Shown here piece by piece: positions 14,627-27,052 of a stretch of DNA of 64,000 nt (its first letter is position 1; each line of letters starts with the position of its first letter). Source of the DNA: Eledone cirrhosa (Eukaryota). Made by a program: the position numbers and the translations under genes. The DNA lies in contig OZ024740.1 in the NCBI GenBank assembly GCA_964016885.1, positions 375,534,001 to 375,598,000 on the forward strand, read 5' to 3'. The notes under the pieces were generated by a model, which saw only the letters and a program-made list of their open reading frames with translations, had not been told where the DNA came from and did no database searches.

Positions 14627-15914
14627 CATATGTGCATATATGCATATATCCATGCATACCTGAAAGATATATTCTGACCTGCACTTCTCTACAATCGCTA
14701 AGCACTCTCGAGCTTTGTCTCTAAAAAATATTTTTTCCCCTTTTTCCGTCTACATTTCCATGGACTTACATTCTTTTATCTCTCATTCGGCTAACGCTCA
14801 AATGTTTTAAATAATTTTCTTACTATATCAAGCGTTAAACTAATATACATCTTTAATTTACTGTATCGTGTTCCTGTGTAGTTTATGTGGTTTCTTTTCG
14901 CATCTGTACATAGATGCATACATACATGTATACTTTGATACATATATACATACATGCATATATACATATATTCACATATACATAGAGACATGAATGCAGA
15001 GTATCGAAAAATCCTGCCCAGTGTGTCCCCAATTGACGAAGAGGTAACATAATATAGACATATGATTTAGCAGACAGGGGGTAAAAAACCACGCTTGGAA
15101 AAAACACCGATTGTTATTTGGCAGGGCACAATACCCACCAACATGGAACGTTAGCGTCACAAATGAAATAAAGTTAGGAAGCCCATAATATTTGAAAATC
15201 CAGCGAAATCGCTTTACCAAAGGTAACATCCACCACTCAGAGGTAGAATAGCAGTGGTCACCAGATCCTGAAGTTTATTACAGCTAACCGCCTTGTTATC
15301 GTAGATGTCATTAAGGTCTGAGGAGATTTCAAAGCACTCATTCTAAAACAGCGTTTTCATCTCGCATCAGACCGTCACGCAGTTAGAGCATTCTTTTTAC
15401 GGCAATATGTATGACCTTGCAATAAAGAAATATCAGCCATAGTACTAAATAAAATGATTTCCGTTACTGAAACATACGTTACTCTTCTATAATCACTTCT
15501 ATTTCTTACGAACTTCTAATTTTATCAAGCAACAATCTGAATTAGAAGCATCAACGATTGTTATATGTGCTTACATAATATGTTTTCAAGAACATCGTTT
15601 GTACCACGCTAAATTCGACTGGGAAAGCACTGGATACCGTGACTTGTCCAACATGGAAGAACGTCACATATCTTTAAATAGTCTAAAGATTCTGTCTAGA
15701 TTGCGTATTGCGATATTCAAAGTAAATCCTTGCATCGCAGTCATCCCATGTTGCAAATCACCAAATTTGGGCTGTGTAACTGAAGTCGTAGATTTCTATA
15801 AGAAGATAGAATAAAAATAACTTAATCGTTTAACAACAGTGACTGAGCCACATTAATTGTCTACAAAGGAATCTTTACATCTTTGCACCCATATCTATCT
15901 ATCTACCTACTTAC

Positions 15915-18900
15915 CAAACGAGGGAGCCAAAGCTGTTAGCTGGGCCCGAGTGGCAGAGGCAAAAATTGGCAACAAATCCATAATTCGGTCTTTCCAAGAC
16001 AAAATGCGCGCGTTCTTTTTGAATCCAAGCAGATGTGCAAGGCCTTCCAGCAGCACTTTACACAACTGTTCCGGCAACGCGGTACGTCGAGCAAGTTGAT
16101 GGACTTCAGTTCCTACCTCGACGGCCTGCCACGACTCTCGAGCATGGATGCAGAGAACTGCGAAAGGCCGATCACAGCGGCCGAAATAGAAGAAGCCCTA
16201 GGCCGCTGTGGGAAACGAAAATCACCCGGTTTAGATGGTCTACCCTATGAGATTTACATAGGCATGCCAGACTTGCTCTCTGGCGTCCTCGAAGTGGTCT
16301 ACTGCATCTGGCTGCAGAACGGGAGGATTCCCAGTTCTGCAGGAAGAGGCGTAGTAACGCTGATCAGGAAAGATGATAAACAAGGAGGATGACATGAGCA
16401 ATTTCAGGCAAATAACTCTGCTCAACACAGAGTTAAAGATTTTGGCCAAGGTGTTAGCAACGAAGCTGGCGCTTGTCGTCAAGAACCTGGTAGGGAAGGC
16501 GCAAACATATGCAATCCCAACCAGGTCCATACACGACAACCTCCACCTCATACGATACATCATAGAGAGGGTAGGGTGTAAACCTGGCTTCGGTGGGGCC
16601 CTGATCAATTTAGATCAGTCTAAGGCATTTGATAGGGTCGACCATCAATACTTGGACGCGGTTCTCAAGGCGGCAGGCTTCGGACCCGTCTTCAGAGGCT
16701 GGATCGCTGCCATGCACACCAGCATCTGTCTTCTCTCCTCCATTCTGTATGTAGTGCCTCTCGAGCCATTATTGCGGAAATTGGTGCTGTTGCAGGGCAT
16801 CCCGATAGAACCAGGACTGCGGAAAGCAGCGTCGGCCCATGCCGAGGACGTAACCGTAATGGTGTCGACAACCTCGGACATCGGGTTAATCGAAAGGTTG
16901 ACAGCAGCAAGACTAAAACCAAACACTTCTGTCGGTTTGCAACTCGGCACATGGAAAGGCAAACCCATGTCTTCCGACAGTGTCGTTAGATGCTGGATGG
17001 AAGGACTAGTGAAATTGCTCCGGGTCTGGTTTGGTCCAGACTTCCAGGTGGACAGGAACTGGACCGAGGTCACTGCGAAAGTGTTTGCACTCACCCAGTC
17101 ACCCAGAAGTTGGCTGAGTGCAAACTCTCCTTGAAAGGTCGAGCGGAGGTGGCGAACACTTACATAGCGTCCGTCATCTACTACCCTTTGACTGTCGTGC
17201 CTACTCTTCAAGTTTTTCTGGAAGAAAAAGGGTCCATTGGTGTGGAGACCCATCTGCTGTCAACACCATTCTAACGGAGGGCTGGGCATGCCGTGGCTGA
17301 TGATGCGCAAACACGCGCTGAGGCTACGCCATCTCCAGATATTCCTGACCGGCGAACCAGTGTGGCTGTCTTTGTGAGACAAGTTCTTCCACAACTCGTC
17401 TCACTAACAGAGCTGCAGTCCTGGATCAACTGAAGACCGAAAATGGGCACCTGGCACTTTCAGTGCATTCAGGCGCTCACAGCCCTCTACCAAGTGTAAA
17501 GGCCAATCAGCGAAGACTCGACTTCGACATTCTATAGGGGATTAGTGGAGGATAAGTGTGACGACGTTCTCGGGGAAACTCTAGGCATCGAGGAGGACGA
17601 ACTGGCCAGTCTGTTTGGGAAGGCTTTCCGACCAGGGCCTATGGATATCTTCCAGGGTCTCTGGCCTGGCAGTGCTACTGAGGAGCTCTACTAGTTCGAG
17701 ACAAGATCTACAGGCACAGACGCCCGGGCAGAGATCCTGCAAAAGAACCTGTCCAAGATGCGAGCAGGACATCGAAACCGTTCTGCACGCAATTTTTGAG
17801 TGCCCAGGGCTGACTGACCATGGAATTATGTCGAGCAGCTACTCTCACATGTGAGACGCATACAGTTATCAGCTGAGTTCATCGTGAGGATAACCTCACC
17901 CTCTTCATTTAAGAATGTAGGAGAGGCGGTTTTCCTCTGTCTGGTGGCTATGACGAAAGAGGTAATATGGTGGACGAGGTTAACAGGACTGAGGGCAAAC
18001 ACCTTTCTCTTCGGACAACAACTTATCCCCTTCTGTAAGTACAACTTCAGCAGGAAGATTAGAGTAGAGAGAGAGGTGCTACACCCCAGTAAATTCGCTG
18101 AAAGGTGGGTGAATGTGCCGAAAATGGCCCGAGTGGATGGCCCTTCTCCGTATACCCTCGCATACCCTCCATCAGACACCTACCATACTCTGAACGCCTT
18201 GCTTCCCTGGGCATGGATTCATTGAAGCTCCGACGTCTGGCAATGGACTTGGTGAATACCCACAAAGTTTTTAACCATCTCGCCAACTGCAACCCTGAGC
18301 GCCTCTTTGATCTCCATGTGTCTAACACACGTGGACATGCCTACAAGATAAGAAAACAGCACAGCTCCCATGACTTTCGCAGACATTTTTTCACGCTCAG
18401 AGTTGCTGAAACATGGAACAAACTGCCTGCGTCAATTGTTAGCTGCCGAGACACTGCATCCTTTAAGACACTCATGCTTCCCGAAATACGCCAAAACTAC
18501 ACCTGATGTGCCCCTTCCATACACATGCACACATGTGTGCACTGTTCATTTTACTGATGTTTGTGCATTGCCCTATGTACTGTACATGCACTTTTTTGAT
18601 GGGTTGTGGTGCACCTGGGCACTGTGCACAATATTTCATTATTGTTATTGTTATTATATCATGACTCATACACTGTTTATTTTCCTGACATTTGTACATT
18701 ATTCTATGTACTATACATGCACCTTTGATGAGTTGTAGTGCACCTGAGCACTGTACACAATAATTTCATTATTATTATTATTATTATATAAACATGTAGG
18801 TTGCGGAAGACGGGAACACGTTTTGTTCGTGTTCCCGGTGTTGAGAGTTGTTCTATCAACAGGCTGTCAAACAACCCTGCACTAACATTCACCCCTTATT

Positions 18901-19040
18901 GGGGATTTCAATTGTTATTTTATTATATATAGTTTATTGTTATTTATTAATATTGAAGTTATATGATTTTTTGTGTAAAACCCCCGGCGTCACCTTTTGC
19001 AATATCCAATATTTGAGCGCCTCTGTGGTAAATAAAGAAA
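15915..19040 (+). mobile_element. 5'-truncated, frameshifted L1/Tx1-like LINE (ORF2 RT + C-terminal Cys motif), interrupted by a CR1 fragment
   Basis: Motifs SPGLDGLPYEIY, NFRQITLLNTELKILAKVLA, DQSKAFDRVDHQYL, HAED (from YADD), LSLKGRAEVANTYIAS and CPRC...ETVLHAIFEC; probable 3' UTR at 18790-19040 with AATAAA. Confidence 0.88.
18155..18787 (+). mobile_element. CR1/L2-group LINE 3' end with duplicated 3' UTR and (ATT)n tail
   Basis: LPYSERLASLGMDSLKLRRL...TRGHAYKI...FFTLRVAETWNKLP is a typical CR1-group ORF2 C-terminus; two ~125 bp UTR copies each end in ATT repeats. Confidence 0.88.
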
Positions 19041-19489
19041 TATATATACTTATTTATATATATATATAGTGGGGGTTTTCCCCTTGTGAATTCCATATGT
19101 GCTTTTACGCGGCTCTGTGTCATTCACAAATTTGGTATCGAGAAAAATACCTGTTGATAACGTGATATTCCTTGTTCGATCATTATACCTAAAGCTTATA
19201 ATGTTAAGCAAACAGCATTTTGATTTAGGTGTCATAGAAACCCTGCATTTGGATTTTAACATCAATTCCAATGGGTCAAGGTCTGTATTTTTTATCATTT
19301 ATTTTGTTTTGACCTGTTTAGCTTGATTTGCTTTTTGGCTTAGGTGGTTGATGCTTTCTTGACCACTATTTCAGTTATGTATGGCCTGTTAACATATTGT
19401 TTAGCTCTGATTTTTTAACTATGGAGCACTTGCCAGCATTATTTCTGATTTTTGCGTTTCGTTTCGCCTTTTCTACCCGCCGAAATACG

Positions 19490-19529
19490 ATTCTCGCTGA
19501 ATCTATATTTATATAGATTCAGCGAGAAT
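19490..19529. repeat. Near-perfect 40-bp hairpin next to a hammerhead
   Basis: attctcgctgaatctata...tatagattcagcgagaat. Confidence 0.9.
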
Positions 19530-19551
19530 GTGTTTTGTTTCATTTAATCTA

Positions 19552-19641
19552 ATCTCTCGCTGATGAAATGCTTAAGGATTATCTGTTACAAACACAATTT
19601 TCAGGGCGAAACAGACTAAATATATAGTCTGTCCGAGAGAT
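19552..19641 (+). ncRNA. Type I hammerhead ribozyme with stable stems I and III
   Basis: atctctcg-CTGATGA-...gggc-GAAA-cagacta-aatata-tagtctg-TC-cgagagat: 8-bp stem I, 8-bp stem III, GUC triplet; stem II is weak. Confidence 0.8.
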
Positions 19642-19779
19642 GAAATCGTTATTGATACGGTATGTATAGGATACCTTGTATCTAACTGTTGCTTCAGCTT
19701 AAATATATAAAACATTTGTAGTATAATCTACCCTAGTAATTTTAGACGCAGAATTTACTGTTTATTTCTACATATATTA

Positions 19780-21565
<1,786 letters not shown>

Positions 21566-21648
21566 GCATACTCCAGTCCCACAAACTGTAGAGTGCTTCT
21601 TATCCGATATCTGCATTGCTTTATTGTACTACAATAAAACTCACCTCC

Positions 21649-21683
<35 letters not shown>

Positions 21684-21691
<8 letters not shown>

Positions 21692-22730
21692 GAAAATAGA
21701 GAAATTAATGTTAGCAAGAAGCCAAGAGTATTTCATAATATATAAGTGACTATAACGTCAAGATGGAAAATATTTAACGTAAGATATAAGAAAATAATTC
21801 AAACTTAATTTAAAAAAAATTAAGACACAAATTTTATCCACAGATTTTGTGAAATCCAGGGAAAAAACCAATAGAGTCTTAACTCAGAAAAGATTTAAGG
21901 TTAAATACTCATCCTTCCATCTGGAAAAACTAAAAAGACTATTCCACGAAACGTTTCAGTGGGGTTAGTCACGTTTGGAATCGTTCATCAATAGAGCTCA
22001 ACATGATAACCAAATTTCACTCCTAAAAATTGCCAGAAAGGGAATCTAAAAGCAGGCTAGTAGACCTCGTGTGGAATTATGAAAATAAACACACATGGAG
22101 AACAAAGCTAATGACGTCAGAATGAGACGAATGTCTGTTTACAAGAAACAGCACTCAAAACATTCCGAAAAAGAATCAACATAAATGTATATAGCAATAT
22201 TATCGCGTTTATTTTTTTAAAAAAGAACCGGGATAAGTCACAAATAATTTTAAGCACTCTAGGTAAAATTTCGAGTATAAATATAAATGAAAATAGAGAA
22301 ATTAATGTGAGCAAGAAGCCAACAGTATTTTATATTATATAAGTGACTATAACGTCAAGATGGAAAATATTTAACGTAAGATATAGGAAAATAATTCAAA
22401 CTCAATTTTAAAAATATTAAGACAGAGATTTTTATCCAAAGATTTTGTGAAATCCAGGGAAAAAAACCAAAAGATTTAAGGTTAAATACCGATCCTTCAA
22501 TTTGGAAAAACTTCAAATGGTCTATATAGTCTTAAAAAGACTATTTCACGAAACTTTTCAGTGGGGTTAGTCACGTCAGTAGAGCTCAACATGATAACCA
22601 AGATTCACCCCTAAAATGAATGTCTGTTTACAAGCAGTCACAAACATTCCGAAAAAAAATTCAACAAAAATGTATGGAGTTCAGCAATATTATCGCGGTT
22701 TTTTTTTAAAGAGACCGGGATAAGTCACGC

Positions 22731-22735
<5 letters not shown>
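21684..22735. repeat. Tandem direct duplication of a ~600 bp unit between (TA)n tracts
   Basis: tataaatgaaaatagagaaattaatg... at ~21684 and ~22282; the second copy has internal deletions. Confidence 0.92.
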
Positions 22736-22810
<75 letters not shown>

Positions 22811-23003
22811 TACATATATATACATATATATATATACGTATCATATATACATATATATACATATATATATATACATATATATACATATATATATGTAACT
22901 AGTTCAGATCTATCTGTCGAAACGGCCGGAGCTCAGGCGTCGGGGTCCTGACTCTTTTCCTATTACCCACTCTGCTGCCCTATGTATCGAGTACTCTGGT
23001 GCG

Positions 23004-23109
23004 TATGGTCCACCTGCATGCTTACCACACTTTCTTCGTTATATATATATATATATATACATACATTTATAACGAAGGAAGCGGGTGGTAAGGATGCAGG
23101 TGGACCATA
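23004..23109. repeat. Short fold-back with a TA-rich loop
   Basis: tatggtccacctgcatgcttaccac...ttcgtt / aacgaa...gtggtaaggatgcaggtggaccata. Confidence 0.88.
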
Positions 23110-23144
23110 ACGTGTGTATATATGTATATATATAGAGAGAGAAA

Positions 23145-23351
23145 GAATAAGGAAAAGCGAAGTAGTTTCAGATGTTCAAGTCCTTTACTAATAATGGTGT
23201 GATATATATTTCAGTGACGACACTGGCCACACTGTTCTGTGTGCGAGTGTCGTGTCATCATCAGTGTGGCCAGTGTCGTCACTGAAATATATCTCACAGC
23301 ATTATTATTAAAGGACTTGAACATCTGAAACTACTTCGCTTTTCCTTATTC
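23145..23351. repeat. ~207 bp fold-back element
   Basis: ~90-bp arms with a ~27 nt loop; the minus strand contains CTGATGA...gtcact-GAAA-tatata-TC but stem I does not pair. Confidence 0.92.
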
Positions 23352-23545
23352 GATGTTTACTCCGTCACTCCTATGTGGAAAAAGTACGTTGAGTGCTTGA
23401 ATTGAATTGCATCAATGTTTACCCTAATATATATATATATATAGAGAGAGAAAATTGAGGTTTTGCACATGGAATATATAAGAGACAGAATACTTTTTTG
23501 TGAAAAAACATAATTTTATAAGGTAAGGAAATAATAAAGGGTATA

Positions 23546-23595
23546 AAAAATGACCGGTTTCGATGGGTCTGCAAAAGCCATCTTTTCAAATGTTG
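23546..23595 (-). ncRNA. Hammerhead variant (U3-A8 core) in inverted pLTR
   Basis: Minus strand aacat-TTGAAAA-gatgg...ccatc-GAAA-ccgg-TC-atttt. Confidence 0.65.
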
Positions 23596-23897
23596 ATTAA
23601 TATTAAGAAAAATTAATAATACGAAGAGTTAAAATTTGAGATTTGAAAATTCAAGTATAAAATTCATTGTGGGATTTCATAGCAGTTTTCATCTAGGTAG
23701 CAACAACAGGTTGACTGCTGTGTCCCTTTCTGGTAGTGAATGAGAAGTTATTTGGGGTGTGGGTTATTTTATAAAGGTCAGATTTAGCAATCGCCAACTG
23801 GCCAGCTGCTGGTCAGTGAGGGGGTGGAAGCAATATACATACACATATCTTCCTCTGGAAAAAACATCTAAAAACCAGAAAATTCACTTTCTGGAAT

Positions 23898-24891
23898 ATG
23901 ATAAAAAACCTCAACAAAGCTGGAATTTACCAAAAATGGATTAACTCAACACCGATAGTTTTACCACGTAAATTCCAAATAAAGCATATTACAAACGAAC
24001 CTGAACCAGAAAGAAAACTCCGTGAACAAATGTCACTCAACAAGATAAACATGGAAATAGAACTCCTAAAATTAAGGGCCACCTCAAACGAGCAAGAGTA
24101 TAAGGATACTGATAAAAATATGGAGGAAGAATGCACTAAAAAGGCCGAGGGAACAACCCTACAAAATTTAATCAAATCGTGGAAACAGGACTGCGAGAAT
24201 GCAGAAACTATTTCCCTTAAACGGTGGGAAAAATCCGAAAACTGGTTCCTCAAATATGAAGAAGACTTTAAAAGGACACACCAAACAGGTAATCCCTTTA
24301 TAAAGCATTTGAACATAACAAGAACTACATCAGACACATTTACACCACCAAACCCAACACACACTAACCACAGGCACATCCCCCACCAACACAAACCAAA
24401 TACGGCTAACTACACCAAAAGAAACACACCCAACCACCACAACACAGGTTTCCGTAGAAATGCCCCCTACATAAACCAACGACGAAATAACATAGATCCA
24501 ACTCACAACACACACACCACATTCCTCAGAAGAAATCAACCCAGACCACTTGAAATCACAACAGAACTTACCCACAACCACACCAGACATCACCCTCAAT
24601 CCAACAAAAGACAACCCCCCAACCTCAACACATGAACCAACAACAGAACCCTTGCTCATCAACAACCACAACACATACCACCCCCACCATCACATTCAGC
24701 CTCATGAAACAACAAGCTACAGACCCACACGCAACAGACCAACAAAATATAATCACACACAAAACTACATTCCTTTTTTAGGGAAAAGCCTGAAATACCA
24801 GGATACTCGATGCCCCCCCTCAGGAGAAACCAAAAATAATCAACCTCTCAAAGACACCTCTAACCAACACACAAATCAACATTTTAAGTAA
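23898..24891 (+). CDS. PLE upstream ORF (helical/coiled-coil N-part, then H/N/T/P-rich tail); split by one frameshift (23898-24635, 24550-24891)
   Basis: DCENAETISLKRWEKS is homologous to DCNREELKSLQRWEKS at ~45380 in a second element. Confidence 0.6.
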
Positions 24892-24937
24892 GGGCCTGAA
24901 ATTTACACCTACACCACGTAAACCAAACTTCCCCGAA

Positions 24938-27052
24938 ATGAAGGATGACATCATGGAATACTGCCGAAAGCTGCGACTAACGGAATTCTTCCACAACGAC
25001 ACCAACACTGAAGACGAATCACTGGTTAGAAATAAAAGTAATTTCTGCCAACAAAAGGGAAGAAATAAAGCACTGGACACGTACTGCGAACACATCACCA
25101 ACTTTCCCTATGAAAAAATTACAAATAAACACACGAAATCAAACCTATCTACACACGAATGGGAAGAATTATTCACACTTAGAAACAACCCTGAGATAAC
25201 TATCAAAGAAGCCGATAAAGGCAGTACTGTTGTCATTATGAATACGGACTACTATAGGACCCTCGCACTTAACATTTTAGAAAACAACACATACTATGAA
25301 AAAACAGAAAACTACAAACACACCAAAACAATGGGGAACATTTTGACCTTACTGAATAAATACCGCAACAGCTTAACCACAAAAGAGTTTAACTATATAA
25401 GCCACTTCAAATGCAATACAAGCTCTTTTTACGGCTTACCGAAACTCCACAAATGTAAACCCATAAACGATGCATGTGACACCTCAACCAACAATTACAT
25501 TGAACTAACACCACCAGAAGACTTAAAACTCAGGCCAATTATAGCAGGCCCTACATGTGAAACCCACAGACTTAGCAACTTTCTGGACATCCTACTGAAA
25601 CCCTTTCTACAACATATACAGAGATACATACGAGATGACCTTGACATGCTTAAGCACCTCCCTAAAACAGTAAGTGCAAATACAATTCTTGTCTCCTTTG
25701 ACGTAATAAACCTCTACACAAACATACCTCACAACTATGGAATAACAGCAGTCCAATACTGGCTTAACACACACCCATCAGAAATACCGACACGCATCAA
25801 TACAGATTTTATCACTGACGGACTCCGCTTTATCCTACAAAATAACTACTTCACATTCAATGGTTCAACATACAGACAAGTATCAGGCACGGCAATGGGC
25901 ACGAAAGTAGCACCCACATATGCCAACCTAGTCATGGGATTCCATGAACAACAAATATACAGTCAGTCCCTTCTCTTATTTGGAGACTCTTTCCACACAC
26001 ACCTCAAAGCCAATTGGAAAAGATATCTAGACGACTGCTTTATCCTATGGCAAGAAGACATGAACTCACTTACTACGTTTAAAAACATGATAAACAACAT
26101 AGATAATAACATACAATTCACAATGGAATCCAATCCTAAGGAATCAGCCTTCTTGGATATTCTCATCTCTGTAATAGACGGGAAATTAGATACAGATATA
26201 TTCTATAAACCCACAGATTCCAAGCAATACCTCTTTTTCACATCAAGTCACCCAAAACATACAAAACTTAACATTCCTTACAATTTGGCCAAACGTATAT
26301 GTACCATAGTATCAGATCCACCTAAACGGGAGCAAAGACTAAAGGAACTAAAAGACACCCTTATCTTAAGAGCCTTTCCACTTGAAATAATCAACAATGG
26401 AATAGACAGGGCAAAACACCTAAATCCCCATCAACTTAACAATCCAAAACAGAAAACCACACTCAACACCCTGCCATATGTATCCACTTTCAACCCCAGA
26501 AATACCGAAATGTTTGATCACCTACACAAAAACCTCCCCATCCTACTTAAAGATGTAAAAATGAAGTCTATTCTTGAAACACACAAGATCCTTAAAAGTA
26601 AAAGACAACCCAAATCACTTAAACGCATTCTCACTGGACCAAATATACCCAAACCAATCCTCAACCCTACAGTTACCAAATGTGGTAGAACAAACTGTGG
26701 AACGTGCCTCTACCTCACTGAAGGACAAACATTTACATTCAAAGATGGCCAAACATTTACAGTAAAAAACAATTTCACCTGCAACTCGGAGAACTTGATT
26801 TACGCAATAACTTGCGGTGGGTGCAAACACAACTTCATAGGACAGACGGGCACTTCATTACGCAAAAGAATGACCATCCACCGCCAACAAATCCGGGACG
26901 CTAACACAAGAAAAATCCCCTTGAGCAGCCATATTGCGAACTGCGCAGGAATGACACTACCCAACTTTAAAATCTTCCCCTTCTACAAGTGCTCAGATTC
27001 GTTCACACATATATATATACGGAGAGCGAGAGAGGGAGGGAATATACACTGA
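24938..27052 (+). CDS. Penelope-like reverse transcriptase + GIY-YIG endonuclease (704 aa; frame is open upstream to ~24794)
   Basis: IKEADKGS, FYGLPKLHK, LRPIIAG, SFDVINLYTNIP, GTAMGTKVAPTYANL, RYLDD, YKPTD...SSHP, CGRTNCGTC, NLIYAITC...FIGQT...LRKRMTIH. Confidence 0.95.
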   Translation: MKDDIMEYCRKLRLTEFFHNDTNTEDESLVRNKSNFCQQKGRNKALDTYCEHITNFPYEKITNKHTKSNLSTHEWEELFTLRNNPEITIKEADKGSTVVIMNTDYYRTLALNILENNTYYEKTENYKHTKTMGNILTLLNKYRNSLTTKEFNYISHFKCNTSSFYGLPKLHKCKPINDACDTSTNNYIELTPPEDLKLRPIIAGPTCETHRLSNFLDILLKPFLQHIQRYIRDDLDMLKHLPKTVSANTILVSFDVINLYTNIPHNYGITAVQYWLNTHPSEIPTRINTDFITDGLRFILQNNYFTFNGSTYRQVSGTAMGTKVAPTYANLVMGFHEQQIYSQSLLLFGDSFHTHLKANWKRYLDDCFILWQEDMNSLTTFKNMINNIDNNIQFTMESNPKESAFLDILISVIDGKLDTDIFYKPTDSKQYLFFTSSHPKHTKLNIPYNLAKRICTIVSDPPKREQRLKELKDTLILRAFPLEIINNGIDRAKHLNPHQLNNPKQKTTLNTLPYVSTFNPRNTEMFDHLHKNLPILLKDVKMKSILETHKILKSKRQPKSLKRILTGPNIPKPILNPTVTKCGRTNCGTCLYLTEGQTFTFKDGQTFTVKNNFTCNSENLIYAITCGGCKHNFIGQTGTSLRKRMTIHRQQIRDANTRKIPLSSHIANCAGMTLPNFKIFPFYKCSDSFTHIYIRRAREGGNIH

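Larger units (their letters stand above)
23440..27003 (+). mobile_element. Penelope-like element (Neptune-type), nearly intact pol, with probable inverted pLTR at ~23440-23840
   Basis: ORF1-like region plus RT/GIY-YIG ORF; antisense hammerhead upstream; 3' end truncated at ~27003. Confidence 0.9.
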
